Origin: Deltaproteobacteria bacterium
GTDB taxonomy: Bacteria > Myxococcota > Myxococcia > Myxococcales > Anaeromyxobacteraceae
NCBI GenBank assembly: GCA_016214955.1
Contig: JACRMN010000028.1
Span: 43,819-75,818, forward strand
Reading direction: 5' to 3'
Length of the DNA: 32,000 nucleotides
The position numbers were made by a program, and so were the translations under genes. Below are positions 7,265-15,464 of this stretch, one piece after another (the first letter of the stretch is position 1; every line of letters starts with the position of its first letter). Below the pieces are notes generated by a model. That model saw only the letters and a program-made list of their open reading frames with translations. It was not told where the DNA came from and searched no databases.

Positions 7265-8907
7265 AGACGACCCCGCTGCCCTACGCGCTCGTCATGGCGC
7301 TGTTCTTCCTGGTGGCGCCCAACTTCCCCTTCGCGCAGGCGCTCCTCGCCAGCATGGGCGGCCTCGGGCTCGGGAGCCTGCGCGACGGGCTCCTGGTCTT
7401 CGCGGCCCTGTACGCGCTGCTCTTCCTGGTCTTCTTCCTCACCGCCTGGAGGTGGGTGACGAAGCCCGTCGGCTTCTTCCTGCTGCTCACGGCGGCGCCG
7501 GCCTCGAGCGCCGTGCTGAGCCTCAACACCGAGTTCAGCCCGCTCATCATCCGCAGCGTCTTCCGCACCGACCTGGTCGAGGCGCGGGGCGTCCTCTCGC
7601 TGGGCTGGCTGGCGCACTTCGTCCTGCTCGGCGTCCTCCCCTGCCTGCTCCTCCGCAAGGTCGAGATCCGCTATCCGCCCCTGGGGCGCCACCTGACCCA
7701 CAAGGCGCTGGCCGTCGGGGCCACCCTGGTGGCGGCGGTGGCGCTCTACTTCCCCAACCAGCTGTTCTTCAACTCCTTCGCCGACAACGCCACCAACCAC
7801 CGCCTCAAGAACATGGTCGTGCCCTTCAACTACCTGGGCGCGCTGGGCGGCCTGGTGGGGGAGGAGTGGGACGCGCTGCGGTCGCGCGGCGGCGGGACGC
7901 CGGGCGCGCCGGGGGCGGGCAGGGTCCGCTTCGAGGCCAGCCGCGGCCCGCTGCTCGCCGGCTCCGGCAAGCGGACGCTGGTGATCTTCGTCCTGGGCGA
8001 GTCGGCGCGGGGCCGGAGCTTCTCGCTCAACGGCTACGAGCGCGACACCAACCCGCGGCTGCGCCGCCAGGGGGTGGTGAGCTTCACCCGCTTCTCGGCC
8101 TGCGCCACCGCCACGGCGCAGGCCGTGCCCTGCATCTTCGCGAGCTTCGGCGAGAAGGGCTTCGGCTACCGGCGCGCCGAGGAGACCGACAACCTCCTCG
8201 ACGTTGCCAGCACGGCCGGCTACCAGGTCACCTGGTACGAGAACGGGATGGGCACGCAGGCGGTCACCCGCCGCGTGAAGGAGGTGAACCTGGGCTCCTA
8301 CTACAAGGCCGAGCGCGATCGCATCCTCATCGACCGCCTCCCCACCCGCGAGGAGCTCCTGGGCACGGGCAAGGACCACCTCATCGTCCTCCACCAGCGC
8401 GGGAGCCACGGCCCCGACTACGCCGCCCGGTACACCCCCGAGTTCCGCGCCTTCACGCCCGACTGCGACAGCTCGGTCCTGAAGTCCTGCTCCCACGAGG
8501 CCGTGGTCAACGCCTACGACAACAGCATCCTCTACACCGACGGCAACCTGGACGACGCCATCGAGTACCTGAAGCGCCTCGAGGCCGACTTCAACACCGC
8601 GCTGCTCTACACCTCGGACCACGGCGAATCCACCGGCGAGGACGGCTGGTACATGCACGGCCTGCCCAAGGCCCTCGCCCCGGAGGACCAGGTCCGCGTG
8701 CCCTTCATCGCCTGGTTCTCGCCGGGGCTGCAGGCGGCGGGGAGGCTCGACGTGGAGTGCGTGCGGAAGCTCAGGGACGGCACCTACTCCCACGACAACC
8801 TCTTCCACTCCACCGTGGGCCTCCTCGACATCCAGACCCCGGCCTACGACGGCGCCCAGGACATCTTCCGCTCCTGCCGGTCGGCCGGGCCGGCGCCGCG
8901 CCCCTGA
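7255..8907 (+). CDS. eptA: Lipid A phosphoethanolamine transferase (EptA/MCR-like, sulfatase superfamily)
   Basis: About 5 N-terminal TM helices precede the catalytic domain. The nucleophile region reads FSACATATAQAVPCIF (compare SCGT(A/S)TAxSVPCMF) and the metal-site motifs are HQRGSHGPDY and YTSDHGES. I take the GTG at 7255 (550 aa). An alternative ATG lies at 7294. Confidence 0.9.
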   Translation: MALKTTPLPYALVMALFFLVAPNFPFAQALLASMGGLGLGSLRDGLLVFAALYALLFLVFFLTAWRWVTKPVGFFLLLTAAPASSAVLSLNTEFSPLIIRSVFRTDLVEARGVLSLGWLAHFVLLGVLPCLLLRKVEIRYPPLGRHLTHKALAVGATLVAAVALYFPNQLFFNSFADNATNHRLKNMVVPFNYLGALGGLVGEEWDALRSRGGGTPGAPGAGRVRFEASRGPLLAGSGKRTLVIFVLGESARGRSFSLNGYERDTNPRLRRQGVVSFTRFSACATATAQAVPCIFASFGEKGFGYRRAEETDNLLDVASTAGYQVTWYENGMGTQAVTRRVKEVNLGSYYKAERDRILIDRLPTREELLGTGKDHLIVLHQRGSHGPDYAARYTPEFRAFTPDCDSSVLKSCSHEAVVNAYDNSILYTDGNLDDAIEYLKRLEADFNTALLYTSDHGESTGEDGWYMHGLPKALAPEDQVRVPFIAWFSPGLQAAGRLDVECVRKLRDGTYSHDNLFHSTVGLLDIQTPAYDGAQDIFRSCRSAGPAPRP

Positions 8908-9009
8908 GTCTCTCCCGGGCCCGGGCAGCCACCCGCCGGCCGCAGGCGCAGGCCCGTCGCCTCCGCGCTTCTCCCGCGGCGCGCACGAAGGGGTTCATCG
9001 GGTCCCGCG

Positions 9010-9741
9010 ATGTCTGCTATCTCCTGGGACATGGTGGACATGTCGGACATGCAGGTGGTCCGGGAGGCGGCGACGCTGCGCCTCCGGGTGGAGGAGAAGC
9101 TGCGCGAGGCCATCGCCAGCGGGCGCTTCCGGCCCGGCACGCGGCTCATCGAGCGCGAGCTGTGCACGCTGCTGGGCGTGGGGCGCACCTCGGTGCGCGA
9201 GGCGCTGCGCCAGCTCGAGGCCGAGGGGCTCATCGTCACCGTGCCGCACCGCGGCCCCACGGTGGCCTCGATCACGGTGGAGGAGGCACGGCAGCTCTAC
9301 GAGGTGCGCGCGGCGCTGGAGGGCTTCGCGGGCCGCGGCTGCGCCGAGCACGCCACGCCGGAGCAGGTGACCCGGCTCGCCCGGGCGGTGGACGCGGTGG
9401 AGGTGGCCGCCAGGAAGGGGCGGGGTCTGGTGGAGTCCAAGACCGCCTTCTACGACGCGCTCCTCGAGGCCTGCGGCAACGGCGTGGTGCGCCAGCTCCT
9501 CCGGGTGATCCACAACCGCGTCACGCTCCTGCGCGCCACCTCGATGGCGCAGGCCGGCCGGCTCCCCGAGAGCCTGGCCGAGCTGCGCGCCATCCAGCAG
9601 CGCATCGCCGCGCGCGACCCCGCCGGCGCCGAGGCGGCCTGCGTGAAGCACATCCGCAACGCCGCCAGGGTGGCCCTGGAGGTGCTCGCGAAGGGCTCGC
9701 CGGCGAGCGAGGCGGCGACGCCGCCGAGGAAGCGGCGCTAG
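9010..9741 (+). CDS. GntR-family transcriptional regulator with FCD (FadR C-terminal) domain
   Basis: The wHTH reads LREAIASGRFRPGTRLIERELCTLLGVGRTSVREALRQLEAEGLI and a helical FCD-like domain follows. The start is ambiguous among ATGs at 9010, 9031, 9040 and 9049. Confidence 0.9.
   Translation: MSAISWDMVDMSDMQVVREAATLRLRVEEKLREAIASGRFRPGTRLIERELCTLLGVGRTSVREALRQLEAEGLIVTVPHRGPTVASITVEEARQLYEVRAALEGFAGRGCAEHATPEQVTRLARAVDAVEVAARKGRGLVESKTAFYDALLEACGNGVVRQLLRVIHNRVTLLRATSMAQAGRLPESLAELRAIQQRIAARDPAGAEAACVKHIRNAARVALEVLAKGSPASEAATPPRKRR
9027..9051 (+). repeat. Three tandem GGACATG units with 9-bp period, containing the palindrome GACATGTC
   Basis: GGACATG occurs at 9027-9033, 9036-9042 and 9045-9051. 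Each unit carries an in-frame ATG of the GntR ORF. Confidence 0.6.
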
Positions 9742-9901
9742 GTGCCAGGTCCGGGCGCCCGGCTCCGACGAGGCCCGTGCCGGGCCACTCGCGCTGCCTG
9801 ACACCTCTCGCACCGGTGGGCCGATCGCTCGCGCCGCCCCGGTACCGGCTCCGGGACGCCTCGCGTCGGCCGGCGCCTCGCCATCCTTCTGTCCGGGTGC
9901 G

Positions 9902-10573
9902 CTAGTGCTTCGCGTGGCCCCGGGGCTCGGCGTGTCCGGCGGCAGGAGCCTCGCCGTGGCCGTGGGAGTCGGCCCCGCCGTGCGGGTGCTTCGCGGGGGC
10001 CGGGCCGGAGTGGGCAACAGGGCCCGCGGCGGCCCCGTACACGCCCTCGACCCAGTGAACGTAGGGAACGTAGGCCTCCACCCACTCGCGCCCCGCGGCC
10101 ACGTCCTCGCCGGGCGCGGCGCGGGCGTTCACCTGCGCCAGGCGCCGGTGGAGCCCCTTCTTGACCGTCTCGACGAGGAGCTGCTCCACCTCGGCCGGGG
10201 AGCGCGAGGCGATGGCCCTGTCGGCGGCCGGCACGGCGGGACCGAGGTCCTGCCCGGCGGCCTTGAGGCCGGTGTAGGGCGCCCCCTCGCCGGCGCGGTG
10301 GACGCGGACCAGGGTCTCGAAGAAGGAGGTGTCGGCCAGCTCGCGGGCCTCGGGGCCGAGCCTGCGCACGGACCGGGCGCGCGTGAACGCCGCCTTGATC
10401 TCGGGCTCGTCGCCCGGGCGCACCCAGGCGAGGACGGGGTTGAGCTTCCCCGACTCGAGGGCCTTGCGGGCCGAGACCACCACCGGACCGTCGAGGGTGT
10501 CGCAGTGGGCGCGGGCGCTCGCGGGGAGGAAGGCAGCGAGGGAGAGGACGGCGACGGCGAGGGATCGGAACAA
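9902..10573 (-). CDS. Secreted protein of unknown function (DUF6448-like by recollection) with His-rich C-terminal tail
   Basis: The TTG start at 10573 is preceded by AAGGAG at 6 nt. The signal peptide MFRSLAVAVLSLAAFLPASARA has an AxA cleavage site, which would leave the mature N-terminus HCDTLDGPVV. The C-terminal tail is HSGPAPAKHPHGGADSHGHGEAPAAGHAEPRGHAKH. Confidence 0.75.
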   Translation of the reverse strand: MFRSLAVAVLSLAAFLPASARAHCDTLDGPVVVSARKALESGKLNPVLAWVRPGDEPEIKAAFTRARSVRRLGPEARELADTSFFETLVRVHRAGEGAPYTGLKAAGQDLGPAVPAADRAIASRSPAEVEQLLVETVKKGLHRRLAQVNARAAPGEDVAAGREWVEAYVPYVHWVEGVYGAAAGPVAHSGPAPAKHPHGGADSHGHGEAPAAGHAEPRGHAKH

Positions 10574-10603
10574 GCGGTGCTCCTTTGCGTGGGGGACGGC
10601 GGA

Positions 10604-11239
10604 CTACGACCGGGGACCTGGGCGCGGCCGGGTGGGCCGGGAGGTGGCGGGCCGGCGGCCCCCGCGGCGCAGCACCCGCTCGAGCGCTCGCCAGACGCGC
10701 TCCGGCAGCTGGGCCCGCGGGCGGCCGGCGGCCGGCCCGTGGGCCAGGGCCAGGAGGGCGCCGAGGACCAGCACCGCCGCCTCCTCCGGGCCGACGTCGT
10801 CGGCCAGGAGCCCGCGGCTGTGGGCCTCGTCGAGGCACTCGCGGACGAAGGCCTGCGAGCGCCGCCGGAACCCGGCCACGCGGGCCACGCCCTCGGGCGG
10901 TGCGGCCTGGGCGAGCTGCTCCGAGCCCACCAGGCGCGCCACGCCGGGGTTCTCGCGGATGACGGCGATGCGCCGCCGGAAGAAGGTCCCCAGCCGCTCG
11001 ACGGGGTCGTCCACCCGGGGCGGGAAGCCGGTGAAGAGGATCTCCTCCACCCGGTCGATGGCGGCCAGGACGATGGCCTCCTTGGTGGGGAAGTGGCGGA
11101 AGAGGGCGGCGTCGCTCACCCCCACCTCGCGGGCGATGGCCAGGGAGGTGAAGCGGGCCAGCCCCTGCTCGGCGATGACCTTGAGGGCGGCCCCGGCGAT
11201 CTCGCGCCGCCGGGACCCGGCCGGCTTTCGCTCGTTCAT
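10604..11239 (-). CDS. TetR/AcrR-family transcriptional regulator
   Basis: The N-terminal HTH reads IAGAALKVIAEQGLARFTSLAIAREVGVSDAALFRHFPTKEAIV. The gene lies 30 nt upstream of the secreted His-rich protein gene. Confidence 0.9.
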   Translation of the reverse strand: MNERKPAGSRRREIAGAALKVIAEQGLARFTSLAIAREVGVSDAALFRHFPTKEAIVLAAIDRVEEILFTGFPPRVDDPVERLGTFFRRRIAVIRENPGVARLVGSEQLAQAAPPEGVARVAGFRRRSQAFVRECLDEAHSRGLLADDVGPEEAAVLVLGALLALAHGPAAGRPRAQLPERVWRALERVLRRGGRRPATSRPTRPRPGPRS

Positions 11240-11251
11240 GGGGATCGTCTA

Positions 11252-11269
11252 AGTGAGTGAGCACTCACT
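11252..11269. promoter_or_regulatory. Perfect inverted repeat AGTGAGTG-AG-CACTCACT, candidate TetR operator
   Basis: The 8-2-8 dyad starts 13 nt upstream of the tetR ATG and about 80 nt upstream of the divergent hemerythrin gene. It lies in a locally AT-richer spacer. Confidence 0.5.
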
Positions 11270-11350
11270 AGCAAGCGAGCGGCCTGCGGCGCGTTGCCTC
11301 GCCTCCGTTCCGGGTGCTCCCGCCCGGCGTCGCCGCTAGAACAGGAGGAC

Positions 11351-11890
11351 ATGCTCACCGGCATCGGAAGACCGGCTGCCCCCACCAGCGCCGTGGACCT
11401 GCTCCTCGAGTGCCACGGCCGGATCCGCACATTCCTGGCCCTGGCGCGCAGGCTGGGCGAGGCCGAGACCCCCGATCCGGCCGAGGCGGCCGATGCCGCG
11501 CGCCAGGTCATCCGCTACTTCACCCAGGCCCTGCCGCTCCACGCCCGCGACGAGGAGGACTCGATCGCTCCGCGCCTCCGGGGCCGGGACGCCGGGCTCG
11601 ACGCCGCGCTCGCGGCCATGGCGCGAGAGCACGAGGAGCACCAGCGCCCGGTGGAGGAGCTCATCGGCGCCTGCTCGGCCCTCGTCCTCGACCCCGGGCG
11701 CCACGCCGCGCTCGCCCCCGCCATCGCGCAGGCCGCCGCGGAGCTGGAGCGCCACTTCGCCCTCCACCTGGCGCGCGAGGAGGAGGAGGTCTTCCCGGCG
11801 CTGCGGCGGCACCTCGACCCTGCGGCCGATGCCGCCCTCGCCGGTGAGATCCGGCGCAGGCGGCAGGGAACGGGTGGGTCCGCGCCCTGA
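11351..11890 (+). CDS. Hemerythrin (HHE cation-binding) domain protein
   Basis: The ATG at 11351 is preceded by AGGAGG. H/E motifs are present (LLLECHGRIR, LPLHARDEEDSIAP, MAREHEEH, LERHFALHLAREEEEVFP). Confidence 0.8.
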   Translation: MLTGIGRPAAPTSAVDLLLECHGRIRTFLALARRLGEAETPDPAEAADAARQVIRYFTQALPLHARDEEDSIAPRLRGRDAGLDAALAAMAREHEEHQRPVEELIGACSALVLDPGRHAALAPAIAQAAAELERHFALHLAREEEEVFPALRRHLDPAADAALAGEIRRRRQGTGGSAP

Positions 11891-11955
11891 CGGCGGGGCG
11901 CGGAGGCGGAACCTCAGCTGTTCCGCTGGAGTCGCGCCATGAGAGAGTCGACCCC

Positions 11956-11993
11956 GACCTCGACCTCGATCCCAACCTTGACCTCGACCGCGA
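11956..11993 (+). repeat. Two 14-bp direct repeats GACCTCGACC(T/G)CGA, 24 bp apart, upstream of the oxidoreductase gene
   Basis: The copies lie at 11956-11969 and 11980-11993 and match 13/14. They are in the 129-bp spacer before the ATG at 12020. Confidence 0.5.
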
Positions 11994-12019
11994 GAGCGAC
12001 CATCAACGCGAAGGCGACC

Positions 12020-12991
12020 ATGAAGGCAGCCGTCTACCGGCAGTACGGCCCCCCGGAGGTGGTCCGGCTGGAGGAGGTGGAGAAGCCCGTCCCCGGCCCC
12101 GGCGAGATCCTCATCCGCGTCCGCGCCACCACCGTCAGCTCGGGCGATCACCGGGCGCGGGGACTCGACCTCCCCGCCGGGTTCGGGCCGGCGGGCCGCC
12201 TCATGTTCGGCCTGCGCGGCCCGCGCCAGCCCATCCTGGGCTCCGTGGCCGCCGGCGACGTGGAGGCGGTGGGGCAGGGCGTACAGGGCTTCGGGGCCGG
12301 CGACGCGGTGCTCGCCTTCCCCGACGTGAAGCTGGGCTGCCATGCGGAGTACCGCTGCATGCCCGCCGGCGGCGCGGTGGTGCCGAGGCCGCCGGGCTTC
12401 GGCCACGAGGAGGCGGCGGCGCTGCCGTTCGGCGGCATGGCGGCCCTCCAGTTCCTGCGGAGGGCCCGGCTGGTGCGCGGGGAGAAGGTGCTCGTCAACG
12501 GCGCCTCGGGCGAGGTGGGCGTCGCCTGCGTGCAGCTCGCCCGCCACCTTGACGCCGAGGTGACGGCGGTGTGCAGCGGCGCCAACGCCGAGCTGGTGCG
12601 GTCGCTGGGCGCGGCCCAGGTGGTGGACTACACCCGCGACGACTTCACCGCGGGCGGGCGGACCTGGGACGTCATCGTGGACACCGCCGGCACCTCCCCG
12701 CTCTCGCGCTGCCGCGGCGCGCTCGCCTCCGGAGGGCGGCTGGTCCTGGTGCTGGCGTCGGCCGGGGCCATGCTGCGGAGCCCGTGGGACTCGCTGGTGA
12801 GCGGCAGGAAGGTGATCGTCGGGGTGTCGAGCGGAAACCGGGAGGACCTCGAGGCGCTGGCGCGGCTCGCGGAGGCCGGCGACCTCGCGCCGGTCATCGG
12901 CCGCCGCTTCACGCTCGAGCAGATCGTCCAGGCCCACCGCCACGTGGCCTCGGGCCACAAGCGGGGCAGCGCGGTGGTGACGGTGCCCTGA
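12020..12991 (+). CDS. NAD(P)H-dependent medium-chain dehydrogenase/reductase (quinone oxidoreductase/zinc-ADH-like)
   Basis: The start MKAAVYRQYGPPEVVRLEEVEKPVPGPGEILIRVRA is GroES-like. The Rossmann motif is VLVNGASGEVG and the C-terminus HRHVASGHKRGSAVVTV is typical. The track ORF start at 11939 is a run-on. Confidence 0.9.
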   Translation: MKAAVYRQYGPPEVVRLEEVEKPVPGPGEILIRVRATTVSSGDHRARGLDLPAGFGPAGRLMFGLRGPRQPILGSVAAGDVEAVGQGVQGFGAGDAVLAFPDVKLGCHAEYRCMPAGGAVVPRPPGFGHEEAAALPFGGMAALQFLRRARLVRGEKVLVNGASGEVGVACVQLARHLDAEVTAVCSGANAELVRSLGAAQVVDYTRDDFTAGGRTWDVIVDTAGTSPLSRCRGALASGGRLVLVLASAGAMLRSPWDSLVSGRKVIVGVSSGNREDLEALARLAEAGDLAPVIGRRFTLEQIVQAHRHVASGHKRGSAVVTVP

Positions 12992-13014
12992 GGAAGGGGC
13001 GGTAAGCTCTCCCG

Positions 13015-15414
13015 ATGCAGGAGGTGCACGGGTTCATCGTCTCGGCCTGGGAGGAGAGGCGCGATCCGAGGTCGCCGGTGAGCCCCGCCGGTGCCGGCGA
13101 GCGCATCTTCCTCACCGGCCGGCTCGACGACGGCCGCAGCTTCGCCGCGGTGCTGCGCGCGCCCCGCCCCGCGCTCTACGTCCCCGCGGCGCAGGGACCG
13201 GTAGCGGCGGCGCGGCTCGCCGGGGCGGCGCTCGACCCGCAGCCCTGGACAGACCTCGCCGGCACGCCGCTGGCGAGGCTGGAGCTTCTCCACGGCGGCC
13301 TGGAGCGGGCCGAGCGCGCCCTGGCCGCCGCGCGCATCCCGGCGGTGGAGCGGGAGCGCCCCCGCGCCACCGAGGCGCTGCTGGCGCTGGGGCTCCAGGG
13401 GCCGGTGACCATCCGCGGCGAGGCGGTGCCCGGCCGGCGCGTCGGCGCGGTGTTCCGGGAGCCGGCGCTCGCGCCCTCGCGCACCGCCACGGCGCTCGCC
13501 TGGCTGGCGCTCGACATCGAGACCGACGGCGAGGGAGCGGTGGTGGCCGCGTCGCTCGCCGGGGCCGGCGGCCCGGGGGAGGTGCTGTTCCTGGGCCCGC
13601 CGCTCGACGCGCCGGGGGTCACCTCGTTTCCCACCGAGGCTGCCCTGCTGGGTGCGCTGGCGAGGCGCATCCTGGCCCGCGACCCGGACGTGATCACCGG
13701 CTGGAACGTGGTGGACTTCGACCTGCGGGTGCTGGCCAGGCGCTTCGCCGCCTGCGGCGTCCCCTTCGACGTGGGCCGGACGCCGGAGGAGGCGTCGCTG
13801 CTCGACCGGGAGGGGCGGCGGACGGCCTTCCGGGTGGCGGGCCGCGCGGTGCTCGACGCCATGCGGCTGGTGCGCGGCTCGGGCGAGCGGTTCGAGGACC
13901 TCACGCTCGAGGGGGTGGCCCGCGCGGTGCTGGGCGAGGGGAAGTCGGTGGCCACGCGGGGCCTCGGGAAGCTGGCGGAGCTCGCGCGGCTGCGGCGCGA
14001 GGAGCCGGCGGCCTTCTGCGCCTACTGCCTGCGCGACTCGGAGCTGGTGCTGCGCATCCTGGCCAGGACCGGGCTCGACGTGCTGACGTCGCGCCGCGCG
14101 GCCCTCACCGGCGTCTCGCTGGAGCTGGCCTGGACCAGCATCCCGGCCTTCGAGCGCATCTACGCCGCGGAGCTGCGGGCCCGGCGAGTGCTGCCGCCGC
14201 CGCGCGCCGAGCGGCGCGTCTCCGGCGCCGCCGGGGGCACGGTGCTGGAGGCGGTGCCGGGCATCTTCCCCGGCGTGCTGGTCTTCGACTTCCGCAGCCT
14301 GTACCCCTCCATCATCCGCACCTTCCACATCGACCCGATGGCCCACGCCCGGGCGCTGGCGCGGGAGCCCGTGCCGGAGGATCTCACGGCCCCCAACGGC
14401 GCCCGCTTCGCGCGCATCGAGGCCATCCTCCCGGCCATCATCGCCCGCTACGCCGCCGAGCGCGAGGCGGCGCTCCTGGCCGGCGACGGGACGGCGGCCT
14501 ACGTCTACAAGATCCTGCAGAACAGCTTCTACGGCGTGCTCGGCTCCGACGGCTGCCGCTACGCCCGCACCGAGCTGGCGGGCGCCATCACCTCCTTCGG
14601 CAAGGTGTTCCTCACCGCCGCCCGCGACTTCTTCGAGACGCGCGGCCTGCGCACCCTCTATGGCGACACCGACTCGGTCTTCATCCTCTCGGGCCTCCCC
14701 GACGACGCCGGGTTCGAGGAGCTGACCGCCTTCGGGGCCCGGGCGGCCGCCGAGCTCAACCAGGCGCTGGCCGAGCGGGTCTGGCGCGAGCACGGCGTGG
14801 CCTCGCACCTGCGGATCCGCTGCGAGAAGGCCTACCGGCGCTTCTTCATCCCGCGGCTCAAGGGCGACACCAGCGGCGAGGGGCGCGGCCGCGCCAAGGG
14901 GTACGCCGGCCTGCGGCTCGGGCCCGGCGGCGCCGCCGAGGTGGAGGTGAGGGGCATGGAGGCGGCCCGCAGCGACTTCACCCCGCTGGCGCGCCGGTTC
15001 CAGGTGGAGCTGCTGGCGCGGGCCTTCGCCGGCGCCGGCGAGGCGGAGCTGCAGGCCTGGTGCCGCGACCTGGCCGCCCGGCTGCAGGCCGGCGAGCTCG
15101 ACGCGGAGCTGGTGTACCGCAAGTCGCTGCGCCGGCCGGCGGAGGAGTACGGCTCCGAGACGCCGCAGGTGCGGGCGGCGCGGCTCCTGGGCTGGAAGGG
15201 GGAGCGCGGCCGCATCTCCTACGTCATGACTCGCGCTGGCGCCGAGCCCGTCGACGCGCGCAGCGGCGCCCCGCTCGACCACCGGCACTACCTGGAGCGG
15301 CAGCTCCTGCCCATCGCCCGCTCGGTGGCCGAGGCGCTGGGCTGGGACGCCCGAGCCTGGTTCGGCGAGGCGCCGCAGCTCGGGCTCTTCGCGCCGCGGG
15401 CCGCCGAGCGCTAG
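13015..15414 (+). CDS. polB: Family B DNA polymerase (DNA polymerase II)
   Basis: Exo I LALDIETDG, Exo II GWNVVDFD and Exo III YCLRDSEL are present. So are Pol motif A DFRSLYPSII, motif B KILQNSFYGVLG and motif C YGDTDSVF. The N-terminus HGFIVSAWEERRD resembles the E. coli Pol II start. Confidence 0.95.
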   Translation: MQEVHGFIVSAWEERRDPRSPVSPAGAGERIFLTGRLDDGRSFAAVLRAPRPALYVPAAQGPVAAARLAGAALDPQPWTDLAGTPLARLELLHGGLERAERALAAARIPAVERERPRATEALLALGLQGPVTIRGEAVPGRRVGAVFREPALAPSRTATALAWLALDIETDGEGAVVAASLAGAGGPGEVLFLGPPLDAPGVTSFPTEAALLGALARRILARDPDVITGWNVVDFDLRVLARRFAACGVPFDVGRTPEEASLLDREGRRTAFRVAGRAVLDAMRLVRGSGERFEDLTLEGVARAVLGEGKSVATRGLGKLAELARLRREEPAAFCAYCLRDSELVLRILARTGLDVLTSRRAALTGVSLELAWTSIPAFERIYAAELRARRVLPPPRAERRVSGAAGGTVLEAVPGIFPGVLVFDFRSLYPSIIRTFHIDPMAHARALAREPVPEDLTAPNGARFARIEAILPAIIARYAAEREAALLAGDGTAAYVYKILQNSFYGVLGSDGCRYARTELAGAITSFGKVFLTAARDFFETRGLRTLYGDTDSVFILSGLPDDAGFEELTAFGARAAAELNQALAERVWREHGVASHLRIRCEKAYRRFFIPRLKGDTSGEGRGRAKGYAGLRLGPGGAAEVEVRGMEAARSDFTPLARRFQVELLARAFAGAGEAELQAWCRDLAARLQAGELDAELVYRKSLRRPAEEYGSETPQVRAARLLGWKGERGRISYVMTRAGAEPVDARSGAPLDHRHYLERQLLPIARSVAEALGWDARAWFGEAPQLGLFAPRAAER

Positions 15415-15464
15415 CAGGCTGCCGGGACCGCCGCCGTTCCTCGGCAGGGAGCGGCAGCGCCGCG

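Noticed and set aside
8914-8925. 12-bp palindrome CCCGGGCCCGGG right after the eptA stop, considered as a terminator
   Set aside because: It cannot form a stable hairpin with a realistic loop (at most a 4-bp stem) and has no U-tract. It is probably compositional.
9752-9787. Short GC palindromes or hairpins (CCGGGCGCCCGG; GGCCCG-tgc-CGGGCC) between the convergent GntR and His-rich protein genes
   Set aside because: The stems are at most 6 bp, there are no U-tracts, and such motifs are frequent in GC-rich DNA. They may be weak terminators but there is not enough support to call them.
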